Source: Trichosphaerium sp. ATCC 40318
Lineage: Eukaryota > Protista > Tubulinea
Reading direction: 5' to 3'
Assembly (NCBI GenBank): GCA_038496445.1
Contig: JALMLS010000277.1
Coordinates: forward strand, 355,091 to 419,090
Length of the DNA stretch: 64,000 nt
A program made the translations under genes and the position numbers. Of the stretch, positions 55,614 through 64,000 are shown in pieces. The notes below the pieces were generated by a model. It saw nothing but the letters and a program-made list of their open reading frames with translations. It had not been told where the DNA came from and made no database searches. The number at the start of each line of letters is the position of its first letter. The stretch's first letter is position 1.

Positions 55614-57598
55614 ATGCGATCTCTAATCCTCATATCCTTTGCCCTTGTAGCATCTGTAGCATATGGTATAGTACCTTTTCTAAAGTTTGACCCAAACGTT
55701 GTACTACGATAACTTATCCTTTTTTCGCAGTATGGGCTACTGACAACACGTTGATAACACTTGCGCCTGTTGCGCCAGCTACAGGTGTCTCTTTTAGAAT
55801 AACAGCTGCTGGGAATATTGGCAATAGAGGAGAAGTTTTATGTGCAGTAGGAAGAGCTACTATAAATAATGTCGTATCTGGGCTTTCGATAACTATAGGC
55901 ACTCAAGATGGTAACTGTTTTGTGACCCTTTTTTTTTATTATTACTCTGCTAACAATCGCTTTAGAAATTGTTAATGGTGGTTCCACTACTCTTTTCTAC
56001 AGGGATAACGCTGTACAGGTTAGAGGCTTTATCCATGCTGAAACCGAGTTTGGTATTCTCATTAGAGCTGGTGGTGTAGACAGCCTATTGAGAGTTCGCT
56101 ATGTTTCTGGGGTACCTGAGAAATTCCTAAAACGAGTCGACTAATCTTTTTCAGAGCTATCGGATTGTACGTAAGGTTATGACTGAAAGTGGTTTTGTGG
56201 ATTTAGGCTATAATCCAAGTGCGTTCCATCCGAACTTACACTTTGTGAATCAATAACGTTGGCTTGTAGTTGACAATAAGTACTTGCTCATTCGAAGAGT
56301 TGGAAATACTATCGTCCCTACGTTCTTCGACAAATCATCAGGTGCTGTCACAACATCGAGCGGTATAGGTACGTAGTGTTTTTGGAGTCAAAAAGTAATA
56401 ACATTGATTAGCAATATCTGGGTTTTTTTCTGCTCAGCTTGTGTATGGTAATGGCTTCTTTTACTATTTTTACCAAGGTGGTAACAACCTAAAGGTGACA
56501 ATAATTGGAACATCGGTATGCTAGTCGAAGAAACTACAATGTAGTAATACGTGCTTTTGTGTAGATTGATGCAACTGTGATGCAGTTTGGATCCGACGGT
56601 GTTCCTTCTTATGAAATCGCTTTTGATTTCGATACAAACACATTTTGTTTTAGTTTCTCTTTTCAAGATCGTCGGGAGCAAACTCCAAGTGTAAGATTAT
56701 TCACTATCAATCCTACAAGCGGTGCTGTTTCTTTAAGACCAGTAATATCTTTGAGTGTAGCCGAACCTTTGTTCTTTGAATCTACAAATGTAGCTTATGC
56801 GCCAGGTATCAAGAGGTTTATTGTCAACATTAACGGAATCAATGGATGGCGAATTGTTACTATTACAAGCACTGGTAGTGTGGCAGCAAAGGATCTCCCT
56901 TCAGGAGCAAACTATGGTAGGGCGACCTGGATTAATTCGCCTTCGGCAACATGTGGAAGAGCAGTGGTGCGCTTGTCTTGTCGTCCTTTGAGCTTTGTTT
57001 AATGAACTTGTAGATAAGTTCAATTATGTTTTTAAGTGAAGCCTTTGGAGCCTTTGCATGTCCTACTCTTGAAGTTCCAGGAAGGATTCAAGCAGAAGCA
57101 TTCACAGGTTCTTTTGATAGATCATCTGCAAACCGGGGTTAGTACTTTTCATTACACTTCCTGCCTTTGTACTAAAAGTGGTAGGTGGTGCAACATGTGG
57201 TGCTATATTAACTGATCCACGAGTTGATCTCGAATTAACAAGTGATGTTGGAGGCGGATGTAACGTTGGTTACATCGATAGCCACGAGTTTCTAGAGTAT
57301 GACGTTGACGTTGCTGCTACATCAAACTACCAAGTTAGAGCTCGCGTTGCTAGTGCTCAATCAGGTACAAGACGTATCCAAGTTCTTGTAGATGGTACCG
57401 CAAAGGCCACAATATCGTATACCAGCACTGGTGGTAAGTACAAGGTTTGACAGTTTGCATTAAAAGTTTTTAGGATGGCAAAACTGGCGTACACGTTCAG
57501 CAAATATTGGAAGTATATCAGCTGGGTTACATACCATCACCATTAAGTTTCTAACCAATAGACAAAATTTCAACTACTTTGATGTTGTAGCAATTTAG
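55614..57598 (+). CDS. Secreted protein with a C-terminal CBM6 carbohydrate-binding module
   Basis: Signal peptide MRSLILISFALVASVAY. C-terminus VPGRIQAEAF...VDLELTSDVGGGCNVGYIDSHEFLEYDVDV...YQVRARVAS...TG/GWQNWRT...GLHTITIKF...NFNYFDV matches CBM6. Confidence 0.85.
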
Positions 57599-57721
57599 TA
57601 ATAAACCAATACATAGCATTTTCAATATTCTTGTCTTCAAGGCCTTCTTGTCTTCAAATCCAACAATTGTTTTGACAGTTCAAGTTTTAGGAGATGTGAT
57701 TTTTATTGCTATTATTGTACA

Positions 57722-58820
57722 CTACACTTCGTAGACTTTGAGTACTGATACTACAGGTAGACTACACCAAGGACATTTATCGACTTTGTTTGCACATTCG
57801 TAACAAAGACCTTGGTGTCCTATTAAGTCCATTAGACACGTGACAAGATCTTCGCTCTTTTTTAAACGCACCACAGTTTAGAAGGACACAATCAACTTTT
57901 TTCGATTTGCATGTGATGCACTTATCCCAATCGGGCCTTCTTTCTTTGTCTTCTTCTTCCTTGATACAAATTTAAGAAACCAAAAGGAGAAGAGGCGGTA
58001 GCGCACAGGTTGAGTTGCTCCATAATTCAAAGACTCCACATAGTTTTGTATTATCCTATCCTTTTCTGAGTTCTGTTGTGGTGCTGGTGCGTTTAGTCTA
58101 TCTTTATGTACGCGTTAAGTATGCTCTTTGAGAATTTTAGTACCTCGTCGCATGCGTCTCAAACGCCTTGTCCACATGATGGCACTTGTAGTCAAGAAGA
58201 TTGGCAAACAGATCCAAATAGCTACCCATAGCTTTGTTAATTAAGTGGTTAGCTCAAGTGTCTTGCAAACGATATGAGAGATATGTGTATGTAGTACCAG
58301 GTTTAGGGCGAATTTACTCTTTTTTTTAGAGACACGGCAATAGAAATCTACTCCAGTTTGAGCGTATTTTCCAGAGAAGTCCGTTGCTGTTAACTTGTAG
58401 TTACAGTACTCGCCCTCAGCGTTGCTGTTACAATATAATGCGTTGGTCCAATCAGTATTGAAAGAGTCTAAAAAAGTATGATTCGCTTGTGGGCATCCTA
58501 GAGCACGTGAATATTCGCTTGAAGCTTTTTTGGAAATGTTATTACCTATGACTTGTTTTTTTAAGTCAAGAAACACTTTCACAGGAAAAAGCGGGTTACC
58601 TATTCGCGATTATAAGTATCGTTAGTAAATAGGGTTATTAGTACCTTCGAAGTCTATATGTAACGTCTGCTTGCGGCTATCGGCGAATACATAATCGTGG
58701 TAGTCGACACGCGAAATATAAAATGAGCGGACTATCTAGTGTTACGCTCGTTGCTTTAAAATTGAACATATATGGACCTGAAGTTACACCAAGAAGAGCA
58801 ATAAACCAAAATGATAACAT
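57722..58820 (-). CDS. Single-pass membrane RING-HC E3 ubiquitin ligase
   Basis: Signal MLSFWFIALLGVTS; Cys-containing ectodomain; TM LWVAIWICLPIFLTTSAIMW followed by RRLRRMRR; C-terminal CITCKSKKVDCVLLNC/GHQGLCYECANKVDKCPWC (C3HC4, IAP-like). Confidence 0.82.
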
Positions 58821-59144
58821 AAATATTGAATACTTTAAAGACTCTTCGTAAGTAACGAATTCCGATAGGCTTGAAAGTTTGGTCGGTTAACTTAACAAAT
58901 CCCACAACTTAAATAAATAAAAAATCACGTGCGTGGCGTCGTTTCATCGGCACATTAAAGCTTACAAATGGACGTGGGCGTTGGAAGTAGAAGCCAACTT
59001 GGTTTTTGTACTTATCGTATCCACCATAAATAGAAACTGCACGTGATACAAATGGACATAATATTTTTATTTTTTTTGCGTTTAGTTAAACAACACCATG
59101 ATTGAGCATTCTTACTGCATTATCATGTCATAATATGCTTGATC

Positions 59145-60136
59145 TTATAATGGCCTTTGTGCGGATACTAGCATACGACGACCAGATAACTTGGAAGGTT
59201 TTGTGTCCTTCCAGTCATTAAAAGTATGAATATTCACAAATCCTGCTTCTTCTAATCTGTAGCGTAGCTCAGGAAACGTCATTATAGCAAACGTGAACAC
59301 CTCGCTCTTGAACATTTCACCGTTATGATAAAAGTCATCCTGATGCTTCCAGAGAGCATCATGCCAATCAAAACTAATATTTGTTTTGCGAAGAATAGGA
59401 ACACCTAAAACAAAGAGTCAGTTGCAAATCAAATAGACTTTATATGCTAATACCATTAACAGACTTTGTCTCTTGCCGATTAACCTGTGGATTTTGAGCT
59501 AAATACACTATAAAGTTCGCTTGATCAAGAAAAAGAACTCCTCCAGGCTTCAAAGCGTTGAAACAGTTTTTTAATGCTTTGATTCTGTCTTCCACTGACA
59601 GGAGATAATAGAAAGACCCGTTAATGGATGTGATGATGTCGTATGCGCAACTGTCTGTCATAGTAGTAAAGCCACACTATTTAGTGGTAAGTGAAAGGCG
59701 TCGGCTGAACTTGTACCTGTTTGACTGTTATATTAGATCCTGTTTTTGTATTTAACTCTGCAGCTACTTTTTGTGACTCTTGGAAGTAAGGATCATAGGG
59801 CTGTGATGCTTTTAGCGTTCAAAATTAAGTTTGAAGTCTAAACAAATAAAGACGCACTTCGTAGCCTACCACATTGAAGTTGTGGCGTAAGAGGATATCT
59901 ACCAGAGGAATTAGGCAATTAATTTAACTGATGGTCTAGAACGCACCAAACATCCGTCCAACGCCACAACCCATATCGAGAAGCTGTAGTTTGTCTTCTT
60001 TTTGCTCATTTTGGTGTTTTGGATGGTACAAGGCGTATAAGCGTGATACGAACGTTACTATCGGTTCTTTATCTGATACGCGTTGTATAAACGCTTTGTA
60101 AATGTCAACGCTGCTGGGCAGTTGTAATTCAGCCAT
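59145..60136 (-). CDS. Class I SAM-dependent methyltransferase
   Basis: LLDMGCGVGRM (motif I), YDIITSINGSFYYL, LKNCFNALKPGGVLFLD, ELRYRLEEAGFVNI. Confidence 0.88.
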
Positions 60137-60571
60137 GTTTAGTTGCTTGTACTTAAACAACGTTCTGTGAAATGCGTAAGGTGTTGTGATCTTACTGAGC
60201 TTGTCCAGTTGGTAGTAAGTACTTTGGTAGAAGCGAATACTCTTCACTGTAGTGCATGAAGGCGCGTAGCCCTCAGAAAAACAAAATGTAAAAGGCAACT
60301 TCCTTGAGATACGCGCATTTCGCACTGTTCTACACTTGGCGCTATAGTCAGTCAGTATTAATTACATACTGTCATGGTAGTGACTCTAATTTCACCAGGA
60401 TTACAGTACCTCGTGGCCTCGTGTTGGCAACTAGAAAAGGTACAAGGTGAGAAACCTTTGTGCAATCTCGAGAAAAGCATTTATCTGAACTTTGGTTGAA
60501 ACTGTTTTAACGGTTTTGTTAAGCACCTATTGCTTAGAATATAATCCCAAAAGTAACTTCTGTTTAACGAG

Positions 60572-61060
60572 ATGAACGTCGTTTTCTCTTTGAACCTCCC
60601 AGCTATCAAACCACTGGACGAATCAATCCCCAACTCAACAGAGATTAACAAATCCATTAACGAAGTAAATACAGCATTCTACAAGCGCCAAAAGTTCGCT
60701 TCCATTAACAGTTTACATGACCTACTCCAAAAGCTCAGTATTGACGAAGAAAAACTGACGTTCGAAGCAGAAGAAGTAAAGAACTTGTTCATTTATTGTC
60801 TTAAAAGAAAAAAGTTAGAAATGACACATCACTTTAACGAATACGCTAAGTACGAAGCTGACCTTAAAGCTAAAACGACAACTTTGACTGAAGCAGGGTT
60901 ATCTAAGAACGACATACAAGATAGAGTATATAGCACTCAACGTTATCTAGATAAGCATAAGTTTATGCAAGATAAATGGATGGCTGATGTTCCTATTGTT
61001 GATACACAGCTTACTCTTTTGACTGGTTCTGCAAGCATTTCTATGAAAGACTTTCAATAG
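60572..61060 (+). CDS. Hypothetical helical protein (162 aa, intronless)
   Basis: Clean ORF with ATG, TAG and AATAAA 6 nt downstream. No family recognised. Confidence 0.6.
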   Translation: MNVVFSLNLPAIKPLDESIPNSTEINKSINEVNTAFYKRQKFASINSLHDLLQKLSIDEEKLTFEAEEVKNLFIYCLKRKKLEMTHHFNEYAKYEADLKAKTTTLTEAGLSKNDIQDRVYSTQRYLDKHKFMQDKWMADVPIVDTQLTLLTGSASISMKDFQ

Positions 61061-61354
61061 ATATTAATTAATTCTACCATTTCACAATAAACAATTGTCT
61101 CTCAATGCAGTTTTTTTTTTGAAATACGTTAAAACGTTCTTGTAACAATGCCAGAGAAATATGTTCCTTGACACAAGAAACGGTTTGTCATAAAACATCT
61201 CTAATATCTCTATTTTTTATTAAACCACACTGTCGCATTCCTACAACCGCCACGTTCCTACGACCTCAGGTACAACAAAAAATCATAGTCACGTAAGTGT
61301 TGTAACGCCTTAACAGGTACCTTAAAAGTCCATATAACCATATTGTCTGTGGAA

Positions 61355-62997
61355 ATGGAGCCCACACACCCTTTTCATGTTGACGCTGTTTTAAGTGTAT
61401 TGTTCGGACATATAGAGTTGAAATGTTTACTTTCATGTCAAAGTGTCTGCAGGCGCTGGAAAAAAGTCGGTAGATCAAATTGGTTGTGGAAAACGTACGT
61501 AGCTACCATTTTTAGACAAACACAGTGTAGTTTATTTCTTATTTATCCTCTAATCGCCTAGACTAACACTTTATAAGTAAATGCAGCGGGTTTTGTTTTA
61601 AAACAAATGCTGAAAAGCAAAAATACCTTAAACCAAAACAAGGCTTTTCATACTACCAGTTGTACAAGACACATACACAAAGTAAGTGATTAGAACCCAA
61701 AATTGATGAAAAACCATCTGGTTTACCTTTCAACTCCGCGAATTGGAAAAAATTCTAATGTTGTTTAGGTGGACGTTGGAGACGCAATTATATTGTTAAA
61801 AGTGAACCATACTTAAAAAAAATTTCTTTTGAAGCGTTAGAAGAAAGAGAAGAACAAATAAGAGTGTAAGTTCACTACACCACGTGACAATCAATTAAAA
61901 AGAAATTCTTCTTTTATTTTTCAAAAAAAAACTCACAAAGAACTCAGTAGAATGCGTGGAATCGATAGGTATACATCAATAAAAGTTGATGGCAAGGACT
62001 CAGTCCATTTGGGATCTAAAACTTCAAGTGGACAATTTTGGTGGTCACGTGTGGCTACAGCAGATGTTTCTGTTGAAAGTATTTCAAGTGCTTTAAATGC
62101 CAATCATGGAGATTGTTTTAGTTTGGAAGATGACAATCTACTCAGTACTTTGAGTGCCATTTTTCCTGATGGATCGTAAGTTTGTATTACCTTTTTTAAC
62201 ATGACTTTACTCAAATACGTTGCGTAGGTATGACATAATGCAAATTTTTGTTAGACCTGAGTTAGTCGAAAACAAATTAAAAACAATTGACAAAGAAGCA
62301 ACCGATTTCGATGAAAAAGATTACTGGTCAAACGAATGGGCTAAATATTGGGTATGTGGGTTAGATATTCTCCTTTTAAAAACCTTTTTTTGCCTACATA
62401 CAGTTTGTCAACAATACCTGAACATTTCGTAATTCGGTCTAAAACTCTACATCTTTATTTGTATTTTGTTCGTTTTTAATACAACTCAACGGGGTACAGC
62501 ATACTCAGTTTTCTTTCTAGGACTGGTGTGAGTGGTATTCAGAAGAAAAGAAAGAAATTAACATTGGTTGTCCTTCTTACTATCGTTGTTTTTATCAGCA
62601 AGACGAAAAAGAGTTTAGGGTTAACACAATCAATCCATTTCAAAAAATGACATCTCTTGATGAATCACGTGTTAATCATTATGTTAATAAGCTTAAAAAA
62701 GGTGAAATACCTACAGCTATGTCTTTGGGTATGATTGATCGCCGTAAAACAATTTTCCCAACAAAGAACTATTTGATAAGGCAAAGCACACAAACTGTTC
62801 TTTCAAATTTTCTGATTGATGGACATCACAAGATAGCAGCTGCAGCTAGATGTAACCTACCTTGTTCATTGCTTGTTTTCTTACCTAAACAACCTCTTAC
62901 ATACTTTCACAAAGACCCACTGCGTAATTATGATAAGGAAATATCATTCTTTGCTGGCCAAGGATTTGCAAAAGGTAACCCCAAAAAACAAATCTGA
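61355..62997 (+). CDS. F-box protein with a C-terminal ParB/Sulfiredoxin-like domain
   Basis: F-box FHVDAVLSVLFGHIELKCLLSCQSVCRRWKKV...LWK. C-terminus LDESRVNHYVNKLKKGEIPTAMSL...NFLIDGHHKIAAA. Confidence 0.75.
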
Positions 62998-63218
62998 CTT
63001 TCTTTTTTCCCCTGCCCACAAGAAGATCTTGTGTTTTATTTTGCAAATGAAAATAATATTTTTAAAGCGCAACTGGGGTAAAAAGAACACTCTGATGAAC
63101 GTTCAAGTAAAAATATTGGCTTGCCATCATCACACTTTTCCTTTTTTTTCTCATTATCTTTTGTAGTTAAATGTCGTTCAAAGCATGCTTTGCCGTACCC
63201 TTCAGATCCTCCATTTTT

Positions 63219-63918
63219 GATGACTCAAGACTTCTCTTCTTTATCATGGTATTTGACTCTTAAGAAAAAGGATGTAGCTAATCTTTGGAGTTACATATTC
63301 GACAAGAACGATTATGGCAGAAATAACAGAGTATGTTTTTTACCAACTTCAAAATTCTTGTATTACATGTCCCCTTGCTCTTTTTGGTTTTTGCCATTAA
63401 TGTGGCTCTTTTTCAAACCATGATTTGTTATTTTTCTTGTAAATATTGAGATTGTTGACATGTTTCATTTAGTTTGATCCCGAGGAAATCATTAACTCTG
63501 TTGTTTTTTCTGATGATAAAAAACAATGTACGGTAGAGTTTAGTAAATTGCAGTATCTCAAGAATGCTATACGTGTTAGTGGACACATTTATGGCTATGA
63601 AGGCGTGAGAAAATTTTCAGGACACTACATAGATGTTAAGCATTACAAAAAAATGGATTGGAAAAAATAAATAAAAAACAGCTTCTGACTGATTTATTTG
63701 GGATTGATACTACTTCATTTACACAAGTCTATACCATAGATCTCTTTATCAAGGTATTGTGCGATTTAGGTCCCAGTCGCGTTTCCAAGGTAGTCTATGA
63801 CATGGAATATACCTGCTGTATTGTCAAGGAAGGTAGTTGGTTGCAGTGTACAGTTTCTCTTGAAACCGCCAGCTTACTTTTCGGTAAACTTGAATGGACA
63901 ACTTTTCCTTTTATGTAA
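63219..63918 (+). CDS. Hypothetical protein, possibly frameshifted at A7 63647-63653
   Basis: MTQDFSS...GRNNR/FDPEEIINSVV...KHYKK stops at 63670; a second frame continues to 63918. Confidence 0.35.
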
Positions 63919-64000
63919 TGTACGTGTACTTGTATGTTGTATGGCGTAAATGACAACATCAAGGCTACGCTAGAGCCCACTATACTTGATATCTTCCTCC

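Overview
Gene-dense, AT-rich eukaryotic (protist) nuclear DNA. Short spliceosomal introns (mostly 40-100 nt, donor consensus GTAYGT, branch CTAAY) break up nearly all genes, so the six-frame ORF track shows only exon fragments. The gene content (ELMO, RapGAP, EVH1-RhoGEF-MORN, Ras-WD40) suggests an amoeboid protist, probably Amoebozoa (inference). I assembled about 30 genes by hand-splicing. Housekeeping genes include TOP1, MCM7, UNG, NOP16, MAM33/p32, cytochrome b5, mARC/MOSC and a START protein. Several genes look bacterial in origin, many now carrying introns: an actinobacterial-type sulfite oxidase, a GNAT, a SWIM protein, a CBM6 protein, a ParB/Srx-like domain and a surface-protein-like domain. 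Most interesting observations: (1) two paralogues built from a ~70-aa Trp/Tyr-rich tandem repeat encoded as phase-2 exon modules, one ending in a Vsr/DUF559-like PD-(D/E)xK nuclease and one stopping where the nuclease should begin, a candidate repeat-guided nuclease family; (2) at least 7-8 GC-AG introns; (3) a possibly myristoylated protein with six His/Trp repeats around a Pro/Gly/Gln/Tyr/Met low-complexity linker; (4) unusual fusions (PH-redoxin-RapGAP, F-box plus dead E2, F-box plus ParB-like, Ras-WD40); (5) strong CACGTG enrichment in introns and intergenic DNA. No rRNA, tRNA, CRISPR array or intact transposon was recognised. All exon boundaries are manual predictions without RNA data.
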